This document shows positions 54,843-63,189 of a stretch of DNA of 64,000 bases, in pieces. The notes below the pieces were generated by a model that saw nothing but the letters and a program-made list of their open reading frames with translations, was not told the DNA's origin and ran no database searches. The stretch comes from a virus. The number at the start of each line of letters is the position of its first letter. Positions within the stretch are counted from its first letter, which is position 1. The translations under genes and the position numbers were made by a program. The DNA lies in the IMG/VR virus record IMGVR_UViG_3300037222_000100, positions 64,001 to 128,000 of that record. One strand, 5' to 3'.

Positions 54843-57331
54843 CCCTTGCCTGCCTCATTGACCTGAGCCCAAATCTCAGGCGTCGAGAGATGCGTCTGTT
54901 CGGTGATGTGCTGCATGAGCGTTTGACCCGGCTGCCCCGTGAGTCTCTCTCCGGTCTGAGGATGCGTGAACCACGGCGAGCGTAGGACGGCACTCGTCTT
55001 GCGCGCAAGCACCTGGTAGGGGACCTTGGTCTGTGGCGAGTGGACCTGTTCGTCCCATTCTTCGCCCACCTGGGTACGGACGGGCTGCGTGTTGCGCCAC
55101 CAATCGGGAGCCTGTTTCGCCCACGCATCGCCCTTGAGGTTCTGTTCCTTTTCCTGCCAGTCGATGGAGTCGTGTGGCACCGGGTCCAGGACGCGAATGC
55201 CGGAGTGATCCTGGTGCGTGCCTTCGCCCGTGCGCTTGTTGTCCCACATGCCCCACTGGAAGGCTCCTAGCGGGACGTGGCCGTAGCCTGCCGCGTCTCG
55301 ACCGGCTCCCAGTTCGCGCTCGAACTTGAAGTAGTCACGGTTGTTCATCTCCTTCTCGTAGCTCTTGCCGAGCACGTCCATCATGTGCGTATCGATGGTG
55401 GCTAGCTGCGAGGTCATCGGCTGAAGCAAGAGCCATGCGAACGATGCGCACTTCGGACCTGCGCCAGGAATGCCTAGCTGCATGACGACAGAGCGGAAGT
55501 GATGCCCCGTACCGTCATGCTCGTGAACATCTTCGAGCGCTGCCTTGAGTAGCTCGTCAATATGCTGGCTGATCTGAGCAATGGCCTTGAGATGGGTCCC
55601 CATGAACGCGCCATAGCGATCAAGTGTCGGCGGCTTCACCTGCGGTTCGAGCGGGAAGAGACTGTCCTCTTGCGTGGGCTCCTTCTTGGCTGCCGTAACG
55701 TAGTCGGAGTGGTCGAGCTTGGGCTGATGCTCCTTGAGGAAGACTTCAATCTTCTTGGCGATAGCCTTGTTGGCCAAGTTCTCGATCTCGTAGTGGTTCA
55801 ACTGCTTCTCCTCAGGCACGCCCTGCTGCGACTCGGTGATCTTGTCCTGCTCTTCCTGTTCCCAATCGTACATCTCGCGCTGCGCTCGCTCCTGGGCAGC
55901 TTTCCATCCAGCCTGTGGATCGCGCTGGTAGATGAGCGACTCGAACTTCGGCAGGAGCTTGAAGTACGGCCTGTGTGAGAAGCGAGCATCCTCTCCGAAG
56001 TTCTTGACGTTGTGAGCCTGACGCTTGTTCTCCAGCGTGTTCCAGTAGACGACCGGATCGGTGACACTCGATGGGACCGTCGAGATGTCCTGGTAGTGGA
56101 CCGTGTTCCAACGCAGGTCCTTCTGCGGACTCAGGAGCACGACGCGGAAGGCATTGACGATGGCCTGCTTCATGCGCTCGTAGTCGGGCTCGTTCTCGCC
56201 CGTCCTCAGGCTGGCCCACTCGGTATCGATGAGCTTCGCTGTGTCCATGACCTGCTGAGACTCCAGCGGGTCGCCGTGATGGAGGTAGGCGTTGGGTTCC
56301 TGTGCCTGCACGCCCGACTCCCATCCCTCGTTCGGATCGGCGAAGGTTGGATCGACCGTCCCTGCCGCGACGTGACTGAAGCTGGTGCCCGGAACATAGT
56401 TGTAGGTCGGTTGAAGTCCTAGCGCCTCTTGCTGATGCGGAGCCACATTGTCCTGGGGCAGACCGACCGGTTTCGAGGGCTTGATGGCGGGCATGGCCAC
56501 CGGAGCGACCGACTGGGAGGGATGCACCCCTGAGAAGCCCGGAGAGACACCCTCAGCGCGCTGTGCGGGCTCGTAGAACTCAGGGAACAGCGCCACCTTC
56601 TGCGGGCCAAAGTGACGGTAGTGGGCCGCATATGCGGTCTGACCGATGCACTCGCTGAAGAGGGCCTTCTGAGCCTCTGCGGAGAGCAGCGGGAAGTGAG
56701 CCTGACACGCCTTGTTCTCTCCCTCCCATCCGAAGTCGCCGCCTGATACGCCGTGGCCCAGAACGTCGTGGACGATGCGAAAGGCGACGTTCTGCTCTGG
56801 GGTCCAAAGAGGATGCTCGCTGTTGGCGCGCGAGACTTGGAAATGCTGGCGTTTGTGGATGTCGTCAGTCATCGCCTGCGCGTGCGGGTAGGGCTCTGGG
56901 TCGTTGACCTCCTCGATATGAAGCTGATTGCGCAGGACATCGGCTCGACGCATGGAATCGTCGGCTAGCTCTTTGTACGCTGCTGCTGCCTTCGGATCGT
57001 AGACAGGGGCCTTGGCGTAGGCTTCTGCGATGGGCTGAAGCTGATCGGTCCAGTCGGTCCTCCACATGCCGATCCTCTCCATCGCTGCGCTGCGCATATG
57101 GTTCTTGCGCTCGACCGCGAGCAGGAGATTGCGAACGGCCATCTCCTCGTCTGGGCCGGTCTTCTCGATGTCCTCCCCGTGAGCGTTTGTTGCCGAGGCG
57201 ACGTACTCGTCATCCTTCTTGTCGAACTTGACCTTCTTCATCGACCAGCCAGCATTACCGATCTGTGTGTAGAGGTCTACGAGGCTACTGGTGTAGCCCT
57301 GGAAGACGCCAGTGACGTTGATGCGAGACAT
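54839..57331 (-). CDS. Multidomain protein: zincin-like HDxxGH domain plus an Ogg-like HhH DNA glycosylase
   Basis: FRIVHDVLGH...GENKA...ECIGQ, and IPGAGPKCASF...LATIDTHM...YFKFE...QWGMW. Confidence 0.75.
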   Translation of the reverse strand: MSRINVTGVFQGYTSSLVDLYTQIGNAGWSMKKVKFDKKDDEYVASATNAHGEDIEKTGPDEEMAVRNLLLAVERKNHMRSAAMERIGMWRTDWTDQLQPIAEAYAKAPVYDPKAAAAYKELADDSMRRADVLRNQLHIEEVNDPEPYPHAQAMTDDIHKRQHFQVSRANSEHPLWTPEQNVAFRIVHDVLGHGVSGGDFGWEGENKACQAHFPLLSAEAQKALFSECIGQTAYAAHYRHFGPQKVALFPEFYEPAQRAEGVSPGFSGVHPSQSVAPVAMPAIKPSKPVGLPQDNVAPHQQEALGLQPTYNYVPGTSFSHVAAGTVDPTFADPNEGWESGVQAQEPNAYLHHGDPLESQQVMDTAKLIDTEWASLRTGENEPDYERMKQAIVNAFRVVLLSPQKDLRWNTVHYQDISTVPSSVTDPVVYWNTLENKRQAHNVKNFGEDARFSHRPYFKLLPKFESLIYQRDPQAGWKAAQERAQREMYDWEQEEQDKITESQQGVPEEKQLNHYEIENLANKAIAKKIEVFLKEHQPKLDHSDYVTAAKKEPTQEDSLFPLEPQVKPPTLDRYGAFMGTHLKAIAQISQHIDELLKAALEDVHEHDGTGHHFRSVVMQLGIPGAGPKCASFAWLLLQPMTSQLATIDTHMMDVLGKSYEKEMNNRDYFKFERELGAGRDAAGYGHVPLGAFQWGMWDNKRTGEGTHQDHSGIRVLDPVPHDSIDWQEKEQNLKGDAWAKQAPDWWRNTQPVRTQVGEEWDEQVHSPQTKVPYQVLARKTSAVLRSPWFTHPQTGERLTGQPGQTLMQHITEQTHLSTPEIWAQVNEAGKG

Positions 57332-57681
57332 CAAGCCCGTCCTCTACGACCTCGGCAATTGACAAGACGCGCCTGTGCTTCTTCAAGTCGTTCTAGCCTT
57401 CGTTGACCCAGATGAGGCTTGAGCCGCTGTAGCGCGACGGCAACGGAGGTAGCTTGATGCAGTGTCCACCGCCATGTGGGCTTCTTTCCGATCTTGGACT
57501 CGAAAGCATACGGCCCATTGAGTGTGCCACCCGCGATGCTTTGAACGCGAGCTAGAATATCCTGGTCCGTAGACTCGATAGCTAAGCCAACAGAATTGAC
57601 GTTCGTGAAGAGGAAGCAGCCCTCGCCCTCAAACAGGCCAGCGAGCCAAGCCCAATCTATGCTTGATGACATTTGATCCAT
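57331..57681 (-). CDS. Free-standing LAGLIDADG homing endonuclease
   Basis: WAWLAGLFEGEGCF...STDQDIL; TAAT-N5-ATG start. Confidence 0.88.
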   Translation of the reverse strand: MDQMSSSIDWAWLAGLFEGEGCFLFTNVNSVGLAIESTDQDILARVQSIAGGTLNGPYAFESKIGKKPTWRWTLHQATSVAVALQRLKPHLGQRRLERLEEAQARLVNCRGRRGRA

Positions 57682-57756
57682 CAACCATTATGGTAGCGCA
57701 CGCGCGTAGATAGAACCCCATCGTATAGATGAGAGCCCCGTAGCCAGCGCGCAGAT

Positions 57757-57891
57757 TCATTCCCTAACGGGATTGAATGCAACCTGGAAATCTTCCGTAG
57801 ACACACTTGAGAAGCCGTGCTTACCTTTTCCAGACCATAAAAAGTAGTGTACCGTCGTCCCAAATGCCCATTCCCAACCGACTGTCTTCAT
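57757..57891 (-). CDS. Small hypothetical protein (44 aa)
   Basis: ATG 1 nt after the endolysin stop. Confidence 0.35.
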   Translation of the reverse strand: MKTVGWEWAFGTTVHYFLWSGKGKHGFSSVSTEDFQVAFNPVRE

Positions 57892-57892
57892 C

Positions 57893-58360
57893 TTATTTCC
57901 TTGGTAGGGTAGCGCGAAGACGAATGATCTGTACGCGATCAAAGCTATGCGACTTCGGACGGCTACGGAAGTTCAGGTGGTGAAACTCTACGCCCGACTT
58001 ATAGGGCTGGAAAAGGTCCCATCCGTGACGTTTGGCATGCAAGATCATCCTAGCGACATCACCATCGTTGACATCGATGCCCTGTTGCCACCATTCGAGC
58101 TTGCGGCCGATGGGTCCAGCGTAAGGTACGCCGTCGCTACGAAGCTCGTGAGTCGAGCGACCAGGGGGGTTAGCGGTACCAGCCGGAAGCGTTTCGAATA
58201 GCTCGCGCTGTGTATGCTTACCATGCGCGTGCAGAATCGCCTTGGCATCATCGCCGCGATAGATGCTGTTGACGGTGGCGTTAGACCATTTGGCCAAGAG
58301 AGCGAAGTAAGGACCGATGGCCGGATTGGACGGGCATCCTTGGATGACTACGAAGCTCAT
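57893..58360 (-). CDS. Endolysin, peptidase M15 (LAS/zinc) catalytic domain
   Basis: NSIYR...Q.ELF...ANPPGRSTHE...GIDV...EFHH. Confidence 0.75.
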   Translation of the reverse strand: MSFVVIQGCPSNPAIGPYFALLAKWSNATVNSIYRGDDAKAILHAHGKHTQRELFETLPAGTANPPGRSTHELRSDGVPYAGPIGRKLEWWQQGIDVNDGDVARMILHAKRHGWDLFQPYKSGVEFHHLNFRSRPKSHSFDRVQIIRLRATLPRK

Positions 58361-58986
58361 TAGGTGCCCGTCACGATGTCGGTGATGGTGACGGCATCAG
58401 TCGATTCGTGGATTTCCGCAGTCGATGACAGGAGGGATTCGAAGAGCATGATGCCACCGTTCTGTGCGTTGAAGATTCCGATCTTGGCAAGGATTACCGG
58501 AGTCACATCTTCGGCGTTAGCCGTGAAGGTCGCTTCGACCTTGTATTTGTTCGCCCCGAGATACGTGAAGGTCGCGAGTGCGCGAAGGAGTCCGCCTCCT
58601 GCTTTTTTGATCTCGCCTTTGAGCGTTTCGTTTTCGGCTTTCGGTTCTACTGCGTCCGCTGAGACAGCCAGCCAGGCAGCCGGGGTAGCACCAGAGGCGA
58701 TGGAGAAAGCGAGCCCTTCAGCAGGCGTTTCCGCCGCAGCGCCTCCTCGTGTTGCTCCCGGCGTCTCCCATCGAGCGACAGTCAGCACCGTGGCCGTGTT
58801 CGACAGTATCGTGCCGACGACAGCGCCCGTGTAGACATCCTGGCCAGCGAACTGATTGACGCCCCAGCCGGGAGCACCAGAGACTTTGAGGGTCGTCCCT
58901 GTTGTCGTTGTGGACGTGCCCGTGAAGCCGTTGGTGGCGTCTCCGAGTGCGTTCGCCCAGAGTCCTTTGCCCTTGGTCGTGATCAT
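58360..58986 (-). CDS. Virion structural (tail-fibre-associated) protein
   Basis: TAAC-N7-ATG start. Thr/Gly-rich; LAKIGIFNAQNGGIMLFE; resembles 59610..60524. Confidence 0.6.
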   Translation of the reverse strand: MITTKGKGLWANALGDATNGFTGTSTTTTGTTLKVSGAPGWGVNQFAGQDVYTGAVVGTILSNTATVLTVARWETPGATRGGAAAETPAEGLAFSIASGATPAAWLAVSADAVEPKAENETLKGEIKKAGGGLLRALATFTYLGANKYKVEATFTANAEDVTPVILAKIGIFNAQNGGIMLFESLLSSTAEIHESTDAVTITDIVTGT

Positions 58987-59010
58987 CTCACTTGTTATCT
59001 CCTCGAAGGG

Positions 59011-59166
59011 CTAGCATTTACCGTGATGGTTGCCGTTGGTGGCGGCACGACGTAGCTCATCAAGAATGCGGCGGTCTTGCTCAGAGGCAGTAAGGTCCGC
59101 TACGGCGATGAGACGACGCCAGTCCTCGACGGTCAGTTCAGCAGCGTGCAGATCGGCGGACAGCAT
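59011..59166 (-). CDS. Small hypothetical protein (51 aa)
   Basis: MLSADLHAAELTVEDWRRL..., preceded by TAATGTGTG, identical to the start of 398..2731. Below the ORF-track cutoff. Confidence 0.55.
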   Translation of the reverse strand: MLSADLHAAELTVEDWRRLIAVADLTASEQDRRILDELRRAATNGNHHGKC

Positions 59167-59201
59167 CACACATTAGCCACCGTTTCCTGTACAATGTAGG
59201 T

Positions 59202-59609
59202 ATGAAGCTAGCCTCCACAGATGCGGCCTACATCGCTGGATTCCTCGATGGTGAGGGATCGATCATGCTCTATCGCCGAAAGGATCGAGGCAAGGTTGAA
59301 CTCCGAATCACCGCGACCAATACACATCGCGAGATTCTAGAGTGGATCATGTCCACAACAGGATGTGGTTCTATCATCGCGCAAGGGCAGCCTAACCCCG
59401 ATAAGCACTATCCAGCTTGGCATTGGCGCATCAAGCCATCTGATTGCGTAGCCCTTCTTGAGGTCGTTCGACCCTACCTGCGACTCAAGGCATCGCAAGC
59501 TGATCTTGCCATGGAGTTCCAACAACGATCAGATACCGAGGGCAACGGGCTCTGGCAAGAAGACTATCGTGAGAGGATGGCTGCACTCAATCGCAGCAAG
59601 TGGCGGTGA
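59202..59609 (+). CDS. Free-standing LAGLIDADG homing endonuclease
   Basis: AAYIAGFLDGEGSI...TNT..EILEWI...PYLRLK..QA; TACAAT-N6-ATG start. Confidence 0.9.
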   Translation: MKLASTDAAYIAGFLDGEGSIMLYRRKDRGKVELRITATNTHREILEWIMSTTGCGSIIAQGQPNPDKHYPAWHWRIKPSDCVALLEVVRPYLRLKASQADLAMEFQQRSDTEGNGLWQEDYRERMAALNRSKWR

Positions 59610-60524
59610 TCAACCGCCGGATTTTATTTCAAGTTCCCAAGGAAATTCTATGACGTTGCCGCTTTCCACGTTGATCACGGAGAAGACGCGGTGATCGAAC
59701 ATGACCGGCTTGAGCGAGAACGGCGATGTGCCGACAGGGGCCTGAACGGCACCAGTAGACTGTTTGTAGAAGGCCGGGACGGTGACGACCGAAGTCGTGT
59801 TGCTCGTGATGAGGCCCCAGATTTCTGTCGCTTCTGTCGGGACGATGATCTTGAGACGTTCGCCTTTGGTTTTTTTGTCTGAGGCAGTAAGCGGAGTGGC
59901 AGTGACTTTACCTTCTGTGGCAGTTACAGAGACAAGCGGTGAACCTGTAGCGGCCGAAAGGAGTTTCTGAGTGTGGATGCCCCACTCGGTAATCGCCAGC
60001 GAAGATTCTGCTTTGATTTTGCCGGTCGAGACGAGCTTTGGTTTACCTTCGCCGTTAGGTGTCGTGGTGTTGGTAGCTTCGACGGCTTCTGTCGCGTTCG
60101 GAGCCGCGAGAGTCTGAAGCTTGATGTCCTTTTCGCTGGCTGCTGTTGCGCCGGTTCCCCATGCTTGCCACTTGAGGTTAGGGAAGAGATTGAAAGACGC
60201 TTCTGATGCTGCGTCAACTACCCAGTCCTCAGCGAGCGCAAGTACACCGACGTTGGTGACGAGGCCAGAGCCGAGATTGTGCTGCTCTACGATCTCGCCG
60301 AATGGGTTGCGCACGATGGCGCTGAGGCGGGTCTGAAGGAAGTACCGGCTAAAGAGATTGGCCTCGCCCTGGTCTTTCGAGAAAGCGACGCGACCGAGGC
60401 CGGGAATGCCGAACTGACGAACGCGACGAGCCTTGGTCTTCTTCTGCGCCGATCCGTAGTGCTTGACCACTCGCGGCTGCATGTCAGCGGAGAGGCCGAC
60501 TCCTGGGGTCTGTGTCTTTGCCAT
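59610..60524 (-). CDS. Virion structural (tail-fibre-associated) protein
   Basis: TAAT-N5-ATG start; GLVTNVG...WGTGATAA...ITEWGIH...FDHRVFSVINV..G..IEF. Confidence 0.65.
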   Translation of the reverse strand: MAKTQTPGVGLSADMQPRVVKHYGSAQKKTKARRVRQFGIPGLGRVAFSKDQGEANLFSRYFLQTRLSAIVRNPFGEIVEQHNLGSGLVTNVGVLALAEDWVVDAASEASFNLFPNLKWQAWGTGATAASEKDIKLQTLAAPNATEAVEATNTTTPNGEGKPKLVSTGKIKAESSLAITEWGIHTQKLLSAATGSPLVSVTATEGKVTATPLTASDKKTKGERLKIIVPTEATEIWGLITSNTTSVVTVPAFYKQSTGAVQAPVGTSPFSLKPVMFDHRVFSVINVESGNVIEFPWELEIKSGG

Positions 60525-60599
60525 CGCCTATTACCTTGCGTCGCTCCTTCTTTTGAAGGTATGCGGCATAGCAGCATGCTCCGGAGAGTAATAGATGCG

Positions 60600-60983
60600 A
60601 TGGCCTCATCCTTTCTCCCGGCAAAGAAGAATCTGCCCATATGGCAGGAAAGCACGTTCAGGTACCAGTTCGAATGGAAAGACGACGACGGCAAATCCGT
60701 CAAACCGCATGACCTCACTGGCTACACGGGTCGGGCCATTCTCAAAGGAGACGACGGGTCCGAACTCGAACTGACGACCGAAAACGGAGGCATCCACTTT
60801 GGCGGCATCTCGGACGAACCAACCAACGGTCTAGTCGAAATCTATCTGACCAAGGCTCAGACCGAAGCGCTCACTTGGAAAAAGCGAGCTAGCTTCACAC
60901 TCAAAGTGGTCGAACCGAATCCGCCAAACGACGACTTCCCGCTGCTCACTGGCAGATTTTTCTTGGCCGGACCTCCGCGCTAG
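60600..60983 (+). CDS. Baseplate/tail-fibre adaptor-like small protein
   Basis: TAAT-N7-ATG start; IWQESTF...DLTGYT...GLVEIYLTKAQTEAL...LLTGRF. Confidence 0.7.
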   Translation: MASSFLPAKKNLPIWQESTFRYQFEWKDDDGKSVKPHDLTGYTGRAILKGDDGSELELTTENGGIHFGGISDEPTNGLVEIYLTKAQTEALTWKKRASFTLKVVEPNPPNDDFPLLTGRFFLAGPPR

Positions 60984-61519
60984 GGTCGATAACGCGCGAG
61001 GATTTCATCCGCGAAAGCGATGAGGTCTTTTACTCTCGCCCCCGCCGGATGCTTGCCGGACCATAACTCAAGGTTCGTGGGACGGTTGTCGTGACGAATG
61101 AGATTCTTGTGATGAACCGTCTCATCTGGGAAGAGGGCTCGACCAAGGTGCTTTTCCATGACGAGACGATGCTTGGGCGTTTTCTTCGTCCCAACGATCA
61201 CATATCCTTCATCATTGATGAATCCTGATCCGTTGGATTTGCGCTTGCGAAGTCGTCGTTTGAGAGGCTTGCCTTGGAATTGTTGCAGATAATGCCCATT
61301 GCAGAGGCCCTTTGCCTTGACGGGTTCTGAGCAACCGCGCACAGAACAGATTGCGCCCGTACAAGCGTGTGGCGGTGCATGTATTTGGAGGGGTTTCAAA
61401 GGCTTCCCGTGCAGTTGTTGCCGATAGTGCGGCTCACAAAGACCCTTAGTGCAAGCAGGACGTTCGCATCCCAAAAACGCACAAATCACCATGCCATCAA
61501 GTTTAGCAGCGCCAGACAT
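60980..61519 (-). CDS. HNH homing endonuclease with two N-terminal zinc-finger repeats
   Basis: Two copies of CxxxGC...KGLCxxHY, then HRLVMEKHLGRALFPDETVHHKNLIRHDNRPTNLELW. Confidence 0.92.
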   Translation of the reverse strand: MSGAAKLDGMVICAFLGCERPACTKGLCEPHYRQQLHGKPLKPLQIHAPPHACTGAICSVRGCSEPVKAKGLCNGHYLQQFQGKPLKRRLRKRKSNGSGFINDEGYVIVGTKKTPKHRLVMEKHLGRALFPDETVHHKNLIRHDNRPTNLELWSGKHPAGARVKDLIAFADEILARYRP

Positions 61520-61581
61520 TACAGGATCACTGTAAGGACCCGTACGCCGAGAAAGAGGCGGCTCCGCGCGAGTAATGAGTA

Positions 61582-62322
61582 ATGGCCCTCCCTGAGCTTA
61601 TAGCCAACTCGCCCAACCCTGGCGTACGTGAACCGTTGACAACGCTCGCCGAAGCACTCAGCGAAGCGGGTCTTAGTCTCAAACTCACTGCCAAACTTCC
61701 TACGGCGCTTCAAGGGCCAGGACAGACACGATTGCTCATAGACAACGAGATCATTCTGATCGAAGCAACGAGCGAAACGACAGTGACCATCCTCGAACGG
61801 GGAGCGGAGGGATCGACCAAAAAAGCACACGTCAGCGGTTCGCAGGTCTACCATATCCTCACTACCGAAGGAGCGAAGCGTGCATTGACACTGGGCGCAA
61901 GCACTGCGGGCTCGGCATATCGCTCATCTCTTCAGAAAATCCCTACCGCCAGTGGCACACGCGTCAAACTTGACAAAGTGCTATTTGATCTTGGAGCAAA
62001 TTTCAACATCGCTGAAGGATTTTATGTTGTCCCGGTAGCCGGGTATTACTCGGTAACTGGGGTCGCAAGCATCGCCCTTACTGCGGTAGCCGAAGCGACC
62101 TTTATCGTTGCTATCGGTGTCAACGGTATCGAACGAATTCGCGGTCATCGATTCGAAGCTAAACCCGGCGCTCCGGGGTTGGAGAATGGAACGGCAGCAG
62201 GAATCTTGCAATTAGCCAAAGGCGATAAAGTGGAATTGATCGCTTGGCAATTCACAGGAGCCGAACGAGAACTTGAGATCGCCGAAACCGAGAATCGACT
62301 CGATGTGGTAAGGATGGCATAA
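61582..62322 (+). CDS. Tail fibre/receptor-binding protein with a C1q/TNF-like C-terminus
   Basis: LIDNEIILI...RGAEGST..AH anchor module, then VLFDLGANF...YVVPVAGYY...LAKGDKVEL. Confidence 0.7.
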   Translation: MALPELIANSPNPGVREPLTTLAEALSEAGLSLKLTAKLPTALQGPGQTRLLIDNEIILIEATSETTVTILERGAEGSTKKAHVSGSQVYHILTTEGAKRALTLGASTAGSAYRSSLQKIPTASGTRVKLDKVLFDLGANFNIAEGFYVVPVAGYYSVTGVASIALTAVAEATFIVAIGVNGIERIRGHRFEAKPGAPGLENGTAAGILQLAKGDKVELIAWQFTGAERELEIAETENRLDVVRMA

Positions 62323-63152
62323 TGGCCCTTCCAGAGCTAATCGTCAATTCCCCAACGCCTGGTGTACAGGAACCGATTGCTACGCTCGCTGAAGCGTTGA
62401 CTGAAGAAGGCGGCACAGTCAAACTCTCACAGCCGATGCCAGCCGGATTGCAAGGCACGGGACAAACGCGGCTCCTGATCGACCACGAGATCATCCTTAT
62501 TGAAGGCTCAGCGAGTCCCAACGTTACGGTGATCACACGAGGGGCAGAGGGTACTGCGAAAGCCATACATGCTGTCAACACCAAAGTCTACCACGTACCC
62601 ACGGCCGAAGGACTGAGACGCGCTCTTGCTCCATCGCTCGTGTCGGCGCTCCCCGGCAGCCCCATCGATGGGCAGGAAGTGTACTACCAAAACACGGCTA
62701 TGGGTGAATCTGGTGTCACCTGGCTGCTTCGCTATCGAGCGGCGTCGGCCTCTACCCACAAGTGGGAGTTCGTCGGGGGACCGGATTGGACCAAAGGACC
62801 ATCGGGCACCGTCACGATTACAGCCATCGAAGAAAAACCTTTGGAAGGTGGCCCGGAAATCGTTGTGCCGCTGACAGGCGATTACGTGGCCAACATGGCA
62901 ATGAGCATGCAACTCAACGTTGAAGGTCTACAGGAATTGTTCGGTCTGCTTTGCAAGAATGGTGTGGCGATTGCTACGCCGATCATCCTCACAACCAATC
63001 CAACATTCTCACGCCTAGTGGCTTCGGGAACTAGCGGGCCGATATCACTCGCCGCCGCAGACAAACTGACGCTCGCTGGCAAAAACGCTTTCGCTAAATC
63101 AGCCGGGTATGGATTGGGCGTTCTATCTCTCTCGCCTATAAGAGTCGGCTAG
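62322..63152 (+). CDS. Tail fibre/receptor-binding protein (paralogous N-terminus)
   Basis: The first ~100 aa are paralogous to 61582..62322. Distinct C-terminus with LPGSPIDGQEVYY...KWEFVGG. Confidence 0.7.
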   Translation: MALPELIVNSPTPGVQEPIATLAEALTEEGGTVKLSQPMPAGLQGTGQTRLLIDHEIILIEGSASPNVTVITRGAEGTAKAIHAVNTKVYHVPTAEGLRRALAPSLVSALPGSPIDGQEVYYQNTAMGESGVTWLLRYRAASASTHKWEFVGGPDWTKGPSGTVTITAIEEKPLEGGPEIVVPLTGDYVANMAMSMQLNVEGLQELFGLLCKNGVAIATPIILTTNPTFSRLVASGTSGPISLAAADKLTLAGKNAFAKSAGYGLGVLSLSPIRVG

Positions 63153-63189
63153 CGCCCTCTCAGCCCGATTCGCTGAGGTAATAGGTGCG

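Noticed and set aside
61582-63152. Diversity-generating retroelement (TR/VR) at the paralogous fibre genes
   Set aside because: The similarity is at the N-termini, differences are mostly synonymous rather than adenine-specific, and no reverse transcriptase is in the window.
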